From contig OZ024742.1 in assembly GCA_964016885.1 (NCBI GenBank), forward strand, positions 232,748,001-232,812,000: a DNA stretch of 64,000 bases, given 5' to 3'. The translations under genes were made by a program, and so were the position numbers. The notes below the pieces were generated by a model, which worked only from the letters and a program-made list of their open reading frames with translations, was not told the DNA's origin and searched no databases. This document shows positions 12,290-26,915 of this stretch, one piece after another; within the stretch, counting starts at the first letter, position 1, and each line of letters starts with the position of its first letter. The DNA is from Eledone cirrhosa (lineage: Eukaryota).

Positions 12290-13605
12290 ACTGTGGCTGG
12301 AGCAAGAGCCCAGTAAGACAGAGGGTGATGTGGTGGTGGAATGATTAAGTAGATAGAGCCACAAAAACAAAAAAGACAAGTCTAGAGAGATTGGAGGAAA
12401 GAGGGAGGCAGGGTGAAATACCAATTAGCTAGAAAGGTGCTAGGTATACCTAGCAAGGGCAGTGGTAGAAAAGAAGAAACTTGCTCATGTTCTGTATTGT
12501 GAAGATCAGAGGTGTGAAATGTTTTGGATTGCGAGACAGTTTACTGGAGAAAATTGTGATGTGGTTGGGGAAAAGTGCATTCAAAATGATAGTGGAGCGC
12601 TTGTCCTGTCTGATGCTGAAAAAGAGGAATGGAAGATTTACTATGAGAGACTGCTGAACAAAAAGATTGGGACAACAATGACCTACCCCATGTAGATCCA
12701 AATGAGGGACCAGCTATAAAAGTTGACAGCAGTGTGATAGATAAAACAATTAAGGACATGAATGTAGGGAAGGCAGCTGGATCCTCTGGTATAGTTGCTG
12801 TTGCTGAGATGTTAAAAGCATCTGGCATGGTAGAATATGCACTAATCAGATGTATAGGTAATTAAATAGTACTGGAAGGAGTCATACTCAATGACTGGTG
12901 TAGTAGTATCATTATAAATTACTACAAGGGCAAAGGAGGTGCACTAGAAAGAAGTAACTACAGAGGTATCAAATTGATGGACCAGGTCATGAAAATTGTT
13001 GAGAGGGTGATAGCACAACTAAATAGGAACACAATCAAGTTAAGAAGTAGTTTAGATTTATGCCAGGCAGGAGTATTATTGATGCCCTCTTTATAGTGAG
13101 ACAACTGGAGGAAAGGTACTTAGCAGGGAGTAAGCCACTGTATCTGGTTTTTGTAGATATGGAGAAGACCTTTGTAAGGGTCCCACACTCTATAATCTGG
13201 TGGGCACTGAGGAAACTAGGTGTAGATGTGAGGGCCGTACAAACTATGTATAAAGGAGCAACCAGCAGAGTGAGGGCTGGAAGCGAGTACAGTAATGAAT
13301 TTGAAGTGCAGGGCTCAGTTCTCAGTCCACTCCTGTTTATCATTGCCCTTCAGGCCATCACTGGCATTCTGAGGGAGCTCTTATGTGTTGATGACCTAGT
13401 TCTTATAGCTGAATCTGTAGGAGAGTTAGAGACAAAATTTCAAACATAGAAGAAAAACTTAGAAAAGCCTAAAACTAAACTTATTAAAGACAAAAGTGTT
13501 AATAAGTATGAAAGAGGACAGGAGGGTGACACCATCAGGGAAATGGCCTTGTTTGATATGTCAGAAAGGGGAGGGCAGAAATTCTATATGGTGCATTCAG
13601 TGCAA
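12290..13605 (+). mobile_element. Degenerate RTE LINE ORF2 fragment
   Basis: NYRGIKL, FMPGRSIIDALFIVRQL, LVFVDMEKTF, QGSVLSPLLF and LLCVDDLV motifs with stops. Confidence 0.85.
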
Positions 13606-14121
13606 TGATAGTGATGATGATGATGTAGTAAGACCAGATAGTGTGCCTGTCCATTTAAAAAATGTTTGATTTTGAAAGAGATTTGGCTTGCTGTTTCTAG
13701 CATGTTGAGCAATTGTATAGAGGTTGTAACCCTTTTTGTAATTTCAGTCCCCTAAAGGATTGCTCACTAGACTGTCAAAATCATCATCACAAATCCTACC
13801 AAGTGTCAATATGATTTCCAAAAATGTCAATAACTTTGTTTTACTTACATACCTATAGATAACCAGGAATAGAAAAGAAAGACAATAATAAAGATTTTGT
13901 TATATTCATTTATAGAAAATGACACTAGAGATGGAGCCCCAAACACCCATTCTTTGGTTCCTATATCCCAAGGGGTATGAATACTAGTTTTATTAATTAA
14001 AGAAATCATTCAATCACTTTTCTAGCTTATGGCTAAAACATCCTTGTAATGAGGTTTTTGTTGTTATGGTTCACCCTGGCATAGGTTTAGCTAGTTTTAT
14101 ATGAGGTTGCATCTCTTAGAA

Positions 14122-14472
14122 CAGGGGTCGCCAACCAGTGATCTGCGGACCACTAGTGGTCCAAGAGAAACTTTTGGTGGTCCGCAGAAAAATGTGGACA
14201 TTATTTGCAATTTTTATGTTTTATTAACAATAAAACAAAAATAATATTCGGTTAAAATATATTTTATAACCCCCACCTAAAAAATTGTTTCTCTTCAGTA
14301 AAGAACTAACATCCATGAAAGAATTTTACACATAAGTATCATCTACCGACAATATGACACATGTACGCTTTTATTGCGTACCATTGACCATTGGCCATTA
14401 ATTCATATTAGTGGTCCGTGGGATTTAAATGAATTTAGTGGTCTGTGAAGTCTGAAAGGTTGACAACCACTG
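14122..14472. mobile_element. hAT (Charlie-like) MITE
   Basis: TIRs CAGGGGTCGCCAACC / GGTTGACAACCACTG; degenerate 8-bp flanks tcttagaa / tcctaggt. Confidence 0.65.
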
Positions 14473-17400
14473 TCCTAGGTTTCTTTGGTGTTTTAATGAT
14501 AGAGGCACCAGTCCTATCACATCATTATTTTTCCAATGGCAGGAGGCAAGATTTGAACTTAGACCACTGCCAGAACAGACACTGATGCCCTAACAATTAC
14601 ATCAATACATTGGCCTGAACTGGTGAAAGGCAAAGTTGACCTCACCGGGATTTAAACTCACAATGCTTAGAATGGGAATAGTCACTACAAAGCATTTAAT
14701 CCAACATCACAATGATTCAAAGAGTGTATACATATTTTAAAAGTTGTAGGGAATAATTTAGAAAAGCTTAGTTGTTTACATTAAAAAAATTTAAAAGTTC
14801 TCCTATTTAGATGTTTATCCCCAGGTTAGCTCTGATTGAGAAGACCTATGATTAAAAGTGTTCTAGTTTTAACCATCCCATCTTATTGTATGACTCAATG
14901 TATCTAGAACTGCACAGGTATGGACATATGATGCATATGAAGAATGGCAGTTGTATAAAAGAAAGTGCTGCACACTTAAATTGAGTAGAACCTGTGCAAG
15001 AAGGGGACCAAGGAAGGTAAAGGGTGAAGTAGTGATGACTGACCTAAAGTAACATCACATCACAAAGGAAATGATACAAGACACTGATGACTGACAGTAC
15101 AAGAATACGGTTGCTAAAATTTAAGGTGGTGGTGGTGGTGATAGAGGTTAGGATTTATTCACAACCAACTTTTCTATCATCCTGCTATAAAGCTTACTAC
15201 ACACACACACACACTGCTGACTGGGTTACAAGGGTGAGAGAGCCTGTATCCAGCACCCAGCCCCTCCACCGTTACTATCATTAGGGCAGTGACTTGGCAG
15301 AATAGTTCGCGCGCTAGACAAAATACTTCATAGTATTTAGTTACTTTCTGGGTTCAAATCTCACCGAGGTTAACTGTAACTTTCATCTTTTCGAGACTGA
15401 TAAAATAAAGTATCAATCAAGTACTGAGGTTGATTTTTTCTCTTGAAGAGACGGGCTTTACTAGCTTTAAAGAATTTAAGTCACACTGTATGACATTACG
15501 GTACCCTTATGATTCCATTAGGAGTTACAGGTCCGTATATACATATCTTCAACCAACCCGGCTTTGTGCTTAATTATTATCTAATTCTCCAATTACTATC
15601 ACCACTACCAGCTCTCTCTTAACACCACCTCTTACTGTGACGCTAGATTTGGCCATATTTACACCATTCTCTCACTCCTATTAAAAGACATTGTTGTCAT
15701 TTACTACTCCCACTTACCACCACTTTTGTCTGTCCATGTTCCTTGTCATCACACACACACACACACACTCTCTCTCTCTCTCTCTCTCTCTCTGTATCTC
15801 TCCTGCATGAGACACCTAACTGACATCTATTACTCTTTCTTTCCCGTGCTACCCATCATTCATGTTTCCAACTATTACACATCTTGATATCCTTCGCCTT
15901 TTTCACGCAGAAATCATACTTTCTCCTCTTTCAACTTTTGCCCATTACTCCCTTTCAAACTATCCTCTCAGTCTCCTTGCAAGAACGGAGATTGCATAAA
16001 GTGGAAAGGTTTTGCGGTGTAGTGCAGGTGTCATGACAAAATACACTTAGCACACCGTAAAGAAGTTGACGATCGAACTGAGACAACAGCAATAAAATGC
16101 ACACACTACACTCTATGGCAGAAATTCTGAATACGAAACTGACTTGGATAGTAATGATCAATCCAACCCATGCCAGCATGGAAAACGAACTCCTGTTTAT
16201 AGAGCTATTTAGGATACAGAATGACAATAAGGATACACGTTTCAATGATTATTGGCATTTACACATATACATACAAACGATGTAGCCTCTAACTGGTCAT
16301 TCGACCTACTAGAAACAACAGCCCCACTCCGCAATTAGTACTCAAATCTTAAATGGGAAAAAGACTTATTGAATACTGTAAATGCCTTTTAAAATTATAT
16401 TTGTATAGATCCGCTGGATCAGAGATGACCTAGTACTGAACAACAACAACAACAGGAATCCGTATGCTTGAATATAGCTTGCACGTCTATTTACCAGTGT
16501 CCGAACAATGGGACGTATGTGACAAGTCTTCAAATATGACAACGTATAGCGGCGTCTGACTAAATAAATACTTTACTTTTGATTCTCTATTTCTGAATTC
16601 AAATCTTTGCTTGGCATCCCTTCAGTTTCAATAAGCTATGAAGCATACATATACTAGAACCGCTACAATAGAATATACTACTACATATATGTGTGGTCCT
16701 CTACCCTCTTCCTAAATATAATTTGGCATACTTTAGATGTGTACTCACTTGTCAAAATAAAATTTAAATAAACCCTCTCATGTTTATTGTTATTTTAAAA
16801 AATTAACTAGATTAGAATCTCTGGTTTTTATCAGTTTGCGAAGAATATTTACTCAGAAATAATGCAGTTTACATTGATAAAACATTTCTTCGCTCTCAGA
16901 TGAAGGACTTGGTCTGAGTTGCCAGGCTTTCTTTCTTTCTACAGAACACCAGCTTATCCAAATTTACAAATATCACTATATAATGTTAGCCTAGGCAGAC
17001 CCCTACTAGTTTCCTCTGACTGTTTGCGATATTAGTTGCTAAAATAGTTGCATTTGTTTTTCATATTTAAGGTAGTTTGTTGCTAGTAAAGGATATTTTT
17101 TGACGTTTATAAGCGATTTTTCGAGTTTTTGTGGCATACAATTATCACCGGATCTTTGTTCGCTAATTGGTGTTACTATAGGCATATTGGCTGTGATACC
17201 AGCTCCAAGGAACTACTACCAGGTGACAAATATCGCGACATCATTTTTCATATTATGGTGGCCCCATTTTTCACTGAAACGTTTAAATGTTAAAAGACAT
17301 TCCTTGCGAAAAAAAGTACAAAGATTAAAAGATATTTTTATAATTATAATAGAAAAAAATCACAAAGATTAAAAAATATTTTTATAATCATAATAGAAAA

Positions 17401-17507
17401 ATGAAAATAATAATAAATAGATAAATAATAACAATAAAACAGCCGTTATTAATCAAACTTCTTATTCTTCGTTGAGTGGAGAAAGAATAAAGAAAATGTC
17501 TAATTTT

Positions 17508-17707
17508 NNNNNNNNNNNNNNNNNNNNNNNNNNNNNNNNNNNNNNNNNNNNNNNNNNNNNNNNNNNNNNNNNNNNNNNNNNNNNNNNNNNNNNNNNNNNN
17601 NNNNNNNNNNNNNNNNNNNNNNNNNNNNNNNNNNNNNNNNNNNNNNNNNNNNNNNNNNNNNNNNNNNNNNNNNNNNNNNNNNNNNNNNNNNNNNNNNNNN
17701 NNNNNNN
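17508..17707. other. Assembly gap (200 N)
   Basis: Run of N. Confidence 1.
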
Positions 17708-18406
17708 CATCCGGGTGTCTGTGTGTGTTTGTGTTCATTTATCTATTTGTTTATTTATTTACATGTTGTTGGTTGGTTGTTTGTTCTATGTGTGTGTGTG
17801 TTTTCATTTTGTCCTTATTTTGTCCTTAATTGTAAGTTGTGATGTTGCTGTTACACTCATATTTTCTATTAATTTTGGTTGTAATTCTTTTTATGTTTAC
17901 TGCCTCTGTAATTTGTCTAAATAAAAGAATTACAACCAAAATTAAATAGAAAATATGAGTGTAACAGCAACATCACAACTTACAATTAAGGACAAAATAA
18001 GGACAAAATGAAAACACACACACACATAGAACAAACAACCAACAACATGTAAATAAATAAACAAATAGATAAATGAACACAAACACACACAGACACCCGG
18101 ATGTGGCGCATGCGCAAACTGAGCACACAACACACACACAGAAACAAAATGGCGTAGGACAGAAGAAAGGAAAGGCACAGAAACAAAGAAAGGAATCCCC
18201 AGTCACTGAAGAGGTCACAGAGTGTGTGACGAAAGGACTATGACTATATATAAACAACTATCTGGTTGTGGAACAACCAACCAACCAGAAATTTATAAAT
18301 TTGTAGATTTGTAAATTTATAGATTTATAAATATATAATAAATTGAAGTGAAAGCAACTGGTGCGTGTGTTTCTTATTGGCAACATGACCCTCCCAAAGT
18401 ATAACA

Positions 18407-18407
<1 letters not shown>
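17708..18407. mobile_element. Fold-back element A, copy 1 (left arm cut by the gap)
   Basis: Nearly identical to ~23945-24650; arms inverted around a spacer at ~17890-17920. Confidence 0.8.
18201..18245 (+). ncRNA. Type I hammerhead-like motif in element A
   Basis: AGUCA-CUGAAGA-(G)GUCACA/UGUGAC-GAAA-GGACUA-UGACU: 5-bp stem I, 6-bp stem II with one extra G, minimal stem III, CUA triplet. Confidence 0.6.
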
Positions 18408-18446
<39 letters not shown>

Positions 18447-18460
18447 ATACATATATATAT

Positions 18461-18543
<83 letters not shown>

Positions 18544-18564
18544 CATATATACATACATATATAT

Positions 18565-19190
18565 ATAAAAGACGTAAAATAAGAAAATTAAAAAAAAAAT
18601 TTTAAAGAATATTTTAAAGAATTAACTTACTTAAATTTTCACTCCAACTAATTAGTTTCTGCAATGGGATAAAGACAGTTACGTAATGAACTGTTGAGAA
18701 TTTCATTGCGTCATCAGGGAGGTCTATTCTCAGCCAAGTCTCCAGGCAATGCGCGGACACTGGGGACTCATATAAAAATAATAATAATTCGGTAAATGAC
18801 CAGTGGCAGTGAGAATTTTCAGTGCCTGGAATCCAGTCCTCGATAGCTGTTCCATTTACCGAATTATTAATATTTTTATATGAGTTCCCAGTGTCCGCGC
18901 ATTGCCTGGAGACTTGGCTGAGAATAGACCTCCCTGATGACGCAATGAAATTCTCAACAGTTCATTACGTAACTGTCTTTATCCCATTGCAGAAATTAAT
19001 TAGTTGGAGTGAAAATTTAAGTAAGTAAGTTAATGCTATAAAATTTTTTTAAAAATTTTATTTTACGTCTTTTATTTTATTGTTCTGCATCCTCCTGCAT
19101 TGAACCACCTAGGTACTATGACATAACCTGTGTATTTGCTGGCATTAGCGTACATCTGTGCGCTTATGTTAGTAGATATATTAAATTATC
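18565..19190 (+). mobile_element. Fold-back element B, copy 1
   Basis: Inverted arms 18565-18798 and 18853-19075, ~54-nt spacer, ~115-nt tail, (TA)n on both sides. CTGATGA-cgcaat-GAAA at 18934-18950. Confidence 0.8.
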
Positions 19191-19253
19191 TATACATATA
19201 TATATATATTTCGTTTCTGAATTTGGCAACATGACCCTCCCAAAGTATAACAA

Positions 19254-19467
19254 TATATATATATACATATATACATACATATATATATATATACATACAT
19301 ATATATATATACATACATATATATATATATACATACATATATATATATACATACATATATATATACATACATATATATATACATACATATATATATATAT
19401 ACATACATATATATATATACATACATATATATATACATACATATATATATACATACATATATATATA

Positions 19468-19499
<32 letters not shown>

Positions 19500-19921
19500 C
19501 ATATATATATATACATATATACATACATACATATATATATATACATATATACATACATACATATATATATATACATATATACATACATACATATATATAT
19601 ATACATATATACATACATATATATATACATATATACATACATATATATATATACATATATATACATATATACATACATATATATATATACATATATACAT
19701 ACATATATATATATACATATATACATACATACATATATATATATACATATATACATACATACATATATATATATACATATATATATATACATATATACAT
19801 ACATACATATATATATATACATATATATACATACATACATATATATATATATATACATATATACATATATATACATATATACATATATATATACATATAT
19901 ATATATACATATATATATATA

Positions 19922-19974
<53 letters not shown>

Positions 19975-19983
19975 CATATATAC

Positions 19984-20020
<37 letters not shown>

Positions 20021-20067
20021 CATATATACATATATATATATATATACATACATATATATATATATAT

Positions 20068-20136
<69 letters not shown>

Positions 20137-20259
20137 TACATACATACATATATATACATATATACATACATACATATATATATACATATATATACATATA
20201 TACATACATACATATATATATACATACATATATATATATACATACATATACACATATAC

Positions 20260-20293
<34 letters not shown>

Positions 20294-20590
20294 ATACATA
20301 CATATATATATATACATACATATATATATATACATACATATATACATACATACATATATATATATATACATACATACATACATATATATATATACATACA
20401 TACATATATATATATATACATACATACATACATATATATATATATACATATATACATACATATATATATATATATACATACATACATATATACATACATA
20501 TATATATATATACATACATATATATACATATATACACATACATATATATATATATATACATACATACATATATATATACATACATACATA

Positions 20591-20679
<89 letters not shown>

Positions 20680-20725
20680 ACATACATACATATACATATA
20701 TATATATATACATACATATATATAT
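19254..20725. repeat. Compound (TA)n/(TACA)n microsatellite, ~1.5 kb
   Basis: Direct reading; the YI/HI-rich ORFs here are artefacts. Confidence 0.97.
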
Positions 20726-20782
20726 AACGTAGGAGGTGAGTTTTATTGTAGTACAATAAAACTCACCTCCTTCGACATCACA

Positions 20783-22210
20783 ATGGGAGCATCCGATTCA
20801 TCCCAATTGACTGATTTAATTGGTATCTTTATTTTGAACTCTTTGAATCGGAAAATTCCTCAACTTCGCGGTGGAATTTATCGTGACGATGGACTCTTTA
20901 CTATCTTAAATTGCAATATAGTTAACCTTAATATTATTAAGAACAATATACGTAATCTCTTTAACCAACATAACCTAAAAATTGAATTTGATAATAGTAT
21001 CAAACTAGCTAATTTCTTGGATGTATCTCTTAATCTTGACACTGGCCTATATTACCCTTACCATAAAAACAATGAGAACCTAAATTATGTTAACTTTAAA
21101 TCTAACCATCCTACCAATATCAAGAATGCTATAGTTAGTAATATTGGAAAAAGAATATCTAACATATCTTCTTATAAAAACATCTTTGATGCTAACGCCA
21201 ATTACTATAATAACGCACTTTCTAAAGCCGGTTATCCAGATAAAATCAAATATAGTAAAGAAACAAATTCTAGAAAAACTTACAGTAGAATAATTAATCA
21301 TGATCATTCCAATAACTTTAATAAAAGACCTAGATACAAAAACATAATCTGGTATAATGCTCCTTTCTCCATCTCTATTAATAACAATATTCCTAAATTA
21401 TTTTTTAGTGCCTTAAATAAATGCTTCCCTCCCTCACATATCTATAGTAAAATATTTAACAAACACACCATCAAATTTTCTTATTCTACATCCTCCAATA
21501 TTTCCAACATTATCTCTAAACACAACAATAAAATACTAAATACTAAATCTCTTCCTTCCAACATTGAATTTCATAACAGTAATAGTACTCCCGACGTCAT
21601 TGTAAACCCTAGGCTAACTTCTGTAAACCCAAATACAACGTCAAACACAACTTCGCTAAATGTTCATAATCCAACTCTAAATCAAGAAACTATTATTCCT
21701 ATTATTCCTATCGCAAACAACTTCTCCAATCCAATTCCTTCTATAGATAACACTAGGTCACTCATTAATAATCTCTCTAATTGCAACTGCCGCATTAAAA
21801 ATAAATGTCCTCTCAACAACCATTGTCTTGATAAAAACTTAATTTATGAATGTAAAGTTATAACTAGCACCAATTCCTTCACCTATTTTGGCTCCACTTC
21901 CACCTCTTTTAAAGCTCGTCTCTATAATCATCATTCATCTTTTAAATACAAACTTAAAAGAACCAACACGGCTCTCTCAGAACTCATATGGTCCTTGAAA
22001 GACAAAAACATTAAATATACCATCTTTTGGAAGAAGGTTTCTTCTGCGTCCTCATACTTGAACAGCTCTCTATCTAAAATCTGTAATCTCTGCCTAAATG
22101 AAAAATTTACCATTATCTCTAATCTAGATTCTATAATAAATAGACGTACAGATTTGTTTTCTATCTGCTTGCATAAATTCCATAGGACTTTTCACAAAGT
22201 ATACAGCTAA
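20783..22210 (+). CDS. PLE polyprotein C-terminal part: RT motifs (FDITMG, YRDDGL, FLDVSL, SNHP) plus GIY-YIG endonuclease
   Basis: Uninterrupted 475 codons. Linker CNCRIKNKC (CxCx5C), LIYECK...[13 protein letters not shown] and CNLCLNEK...CLH. The frame extends upstream of the Met to the truncation point. Confidence 0.9.
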   Translation: MGASDSSQLTDLIGIFILNSLNRKIPQLRGGIYRDDGLFTILNCNIVNLNIIKNNIRNLFNQHNLKIEFDNSIKLANFLDVSLNLDTGLYYPYHKNNENLNYVNFKSNHPTNIKNAIVSNIGKRISNISSYKNIFDANANYYNNALSKAGYPDKIKYSKETNSRKTYSRIINHDHSNNFNKRPRYKNIIWYNAPFSISINNNIPKLFFSALNKCFPPSHIYSKIFNKHTIKFSYSTSSNISNIISKHNNKILNTKSLPSNIEFHNSNSTPDVIVNPRLTSVNPNTTSNTTSLNVHNPTLNQETIIPIIPIANNFSNPIPSIDNTRSLINNLSNCNCRIKNKCPLNNHCLDKNLIYECKVITSTNSFTYFGSTSTSFKARLYNHHSSFKYKLKRTNTALSELIWSLKDKNIKYTIFWKKVSSASSYLNSSLSKICNLCLNEKFTIISNLDSIINRRTDLFSICLHKFHRTFHKVYS

Positions 22211-22910
22211 TATTCAATTCTTTATCAATTTAGAATCTTTTTCTCAAAGGCACATATACATACACCTCTTTAAAATATACCCATCTTCCTACCTTACTTC
22301 AAAGGGCATTATACACTCTATAATACTTGTTTACTCATTACCCTCATTCTATCTTCACCTTGTAAAATCCTTCATAACATATACATTTGTTTTTTTGACG
22401 TTAGAATATTCATCCGCAATTATTATTATTTTTTCTCTCCATCATCAAACTTTTTAATCTCAATACATTAACTCCCTCTCCTTCTTTTGACGCTAGAATA
22501 TTCATCCTTAATTTATTATTTTTTTCTCCCCATCAACTAACTCATTCTTAATACATATTAACTCTTTCTTCGCACATATTATCAATTCTTTCAATATACA
22601 AACCTTAACTTCACATTATTTTTCTCAAATCATCTAATACACAAACCTTAATAATTTTTTAATACATATTAACTCTTTCTTCGCACATATTATCAATTCC
22701 TTCAATATACAAACCTTAACTTCACATTATTTTTCTCAAATCCTTCAACACACAAACCTTAATAATTTTTTTCTCTTCGTTAATTTTGAAATTGCCATAA
22801 TACTTATAAACATACACCTTTTTGACGTTAGAATATTCATCCGCAATTATTATTTTTTTCTCTCTATCTTCAAACTTTTTAATCTCAAACATATCAACTC
22901 CCTCTCTTTC

Positions 22911-23350
22911 CTCGTACATATTTTTCCCTTCGTTAATTTTCAAATTCTTTTAATTTATACATTATCTTCCAACGATTTTCAACCTCTCTATGTAAAACAA
23001 TATATATTTTCTCAGTTATAAAAACTATCTCTTTCTCTCTATCACCCATCTCTCCCTCTCCACCTTCACTCTCATCTCCTCCCCTTGTTTCATCCTTTCC
23101 ACCCCCACTCTCTAAATAAAATATTTTTTCCTCGTACATATTTTTCCCTTCGTTAATTTTCAAATTCTTTTAATTTATACATTATCTTCCAACGGTTTTC
23201 AACCTCTCTATGTAAAACAATATATCTTCTCTCAGTTATAAAAACTATCTCTTTCTCTCTATCACCCATCTCTCCCTCTCCACCTTCACTCTCATCTCCT
23301 CCCCTTTTTTCATCCTTTCCACCCCCCCTCTCTAAATAAAATATTTTTCC
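22911..23350. repeat. 220-bp tandem duplication within the PLE 3' region (plus a ~110-bp duplication at ~22550-22770)
   Basis: ctcgtacatatttttcccttcgttaattttcaaattc starts at 22911 and 23131. Confidence 0.9.
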
Positions 23351-23445
23351 CAATATCACACATCAATCTAAAACTACTTTTCATATGTTGATTTAAAACT
23401 GCACTATCCACAAGTGTTTTTTAGCCTTCATATCATGTCCTCCTG

Positions 23446-23512
23446 TTTTATCTGATGAAAACACAAATATTATTGCATGATGATGTTTGTTTTTGAAATG
23501 CGCATAATAAAA
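23446..23512 (+). ncRNA. Type I hammerhead ribozyme at the PLE 3' end
   Basis: Stem I UUUUAU/AUAAAA, CUGAUGA at 23452-23458, ~16-bp stem II (23459-23494), GAAA, palindromic stem III AUGCGCAU and AUA triplet (predicted cut after 23506). Confidence 0.8.
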
Positions 23513-23584
23513 TACATGGAACTCCTTTAACCATCTTTTGATCTTATATATTACATATATATATATATATATACATATATATAT

Positions 23585-24649
23585 TTCGTTTCTGAATTTG
23601 TTTAGCAAGATTCTTTATCTGAAATCGTGTGTTGAAACCGATATTGTTATACTTTGGGAGGGTCATGTTGCCAATAAGAAACACACGCACAAGTTGCTTT
23701 CACTTCAATTTATTATATATTTATAAATTTATAAATTTACAAATCTACAAACTTATAAATTTCTGGTTGGTTGGTTCCACAACCAGATAGTTGTTTATAT
23801 ATAGTCATAGTCCTTTCGTCACACACTCTGTGACCTCTTCAGTGACTGGGGATTCCTTTCTTTGTTTCTGTGCCTTTCCTTTCTTCTGTCCTACGCCATT
23901 TTGTTTCTGTGTGTGTGTTGTGTGCTCAGTTTGCGCATGCGCCACATCCGGGTGTCTGTGTGTGTTTGTGTTCATTTATCTATTTGTTTATTTATTTACA
24001 TGTTGTTGGTTGGTTGTTTGTTCTATGTGTGTGTGTGTTTTCATTTTGTCCTTATTTTGTCCTTAATTGTAAGTTGTGATGTTGCTGTTACACTCATATT
24101 TTCTATTTAATTTTGGTTGTAATTCTTTTTATGTTTACTGCCTCTGTAATTTGTCTAAATAAAAGAATTACAACCAAAATTAAATAGAAAATATGAGTGT
24201 AACAGCAACATCACAACTTACAATTAAGGACAAAATAAGGACAAAATGAAAACACACACACACATAGAACAAACAACCAACCAACAACATGTAAATAAAT
24301 AAACAAATAGATAAATGAACACAAACACACACAGACACCCGGATGTGGCGCATGCGCAAACTGAGCACACAACACACACACAGAAACAAAATGGCGTAGG
24401 ACAGAAGAAAGGAAAGGCACAGAAACAAAGAAAGGAATTCCCAGTCACTGAAGAGGTCACAGAGTGTGTGACGAAAGGACTATGACTATATATAAACAAC
24501 TATCTGGTTGTGGAACCAACCAACCAACCAGAAATTTATAAATTTGTAGATTTGTAAATTTATAGATTTATAAATATATAATAAATTGAAGTGAAAGAAA
24601 CTGGTGCGTGTGTTTCTTATTGGCAACATGACCCTCCCAAAGTATAACA

Positions 24650-24650
<1 letters not shown>
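23585..24650 (-). mobile_element. Fold-back element A, complete copy
   Basis: ~56-nt tail 23585-23640, ~490-bp inverted arms 23641-24129 and 24161-24650, ~31-nt spacer. HHR-like motifs at 23803-23847 (-) and 24443-24487 (+); (TA)n flanks. Confidence 0.85.
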
Positions 24651-24684
<34 letters not shown>

Positions 24685-24699
24685 CATACATATATATAT

Positions 24700-24792
<93 letters not shown>

Positions 24793-24807
24793 TACATACA
24801 TATATAT

Positions 24808-25432
24808 ATAAAAGACGTAAAATAAGAAAATTAAAAAAAAATTTTAAAGAATATTTTAAAGAATTAACTTACTTAAATTTTCACTCCAACTAATTAGTTT
24901 CTGCAATGGGATAAAGACAGTTACGTAATGAACTGTTGAGAATTTCATTGCGTCATCAGGGAGGTCTATTCTCAGCCAAGTCTCCAGGCAATGCGCGGAC
25001 ACTGGGGACTCATATAAAAATAATAATAATTCGGTAAATGACCAGTGGCAGTGAGAATTTTCAGTGCCAGGAATCCAGTCCTCGATAGCTGTTCCATTTA
25101 CCGAATTATTAATATTTTTATATGAGTCCCCAGTGTCCGCGCATTGCCTGGAGACTTGGCTGAGAATAGACCTCCCTGATGACGCAATGAAATTCTCAAC
25201 AGTTCATTACGTAACTGTCTTTATCCCATTGCAGAAATTAATTAGTTGGTGTGAAAATTTAAGTAAGTAAGTTAATTCTTTAAAATTTTTTTTTAAATTT
25301 TATTTTACGTCTTTTATTTTATTGTTCTGCATCCTCCTGCATTGAACCACCTAGGTACTATGACATAACCTGTGTATTTGCTGGCATTAGCGTACATCTG
25401 TGCGCTTATGTTAGTAGATATATTAAATTATC
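24808..25432 (+). mobile_element. Fold-back element B, copy 2
   Basis: Near-identical to 18565-19190 with a few substitutions. Confidence 0.8.
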
Positions 25433-25495
25433 TATACATATATATATATATTTCGTTTCTGAATTTGGCAACATGACCCTCCCAAAGTATAACAA

Positions 25496-26915
<1,420 letters not shown>

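Larger units (their letters stand above)
20728..23553 (+). mobile_element. 5'-truncated Penelope-like retroelement (PLE), probably Naiad-type
   Basis: RT + GIY-YIG ORF, ~1.3-kb 3' region with internal tandem duplications and a terminal HHR; (TA)n on both sides. Confidence 0.88.

Noticed and set aside
16749-16920. Further coding exon of the SOCS-box gene (donor GTGAGT at 16748 on minus)
   Set aside because: The frame compatible with the next exon has a nearby TGA; at most a 5' UTR exon, and unsupported.
19164-20756. ~500-aa Y/I/C/M/H-rich ORFs in several frames (also 25406-26975)
   Set aside because: Translations of stop-free (TA)/(TACA) microsatellite; not genes.
20783-23553. Selenocysteine recoding, as reported for some Naiad PLEs
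   Set aside because: No in-frame TGA in the retained ORF (it ends in TAA) and no SECIS that I could identify.
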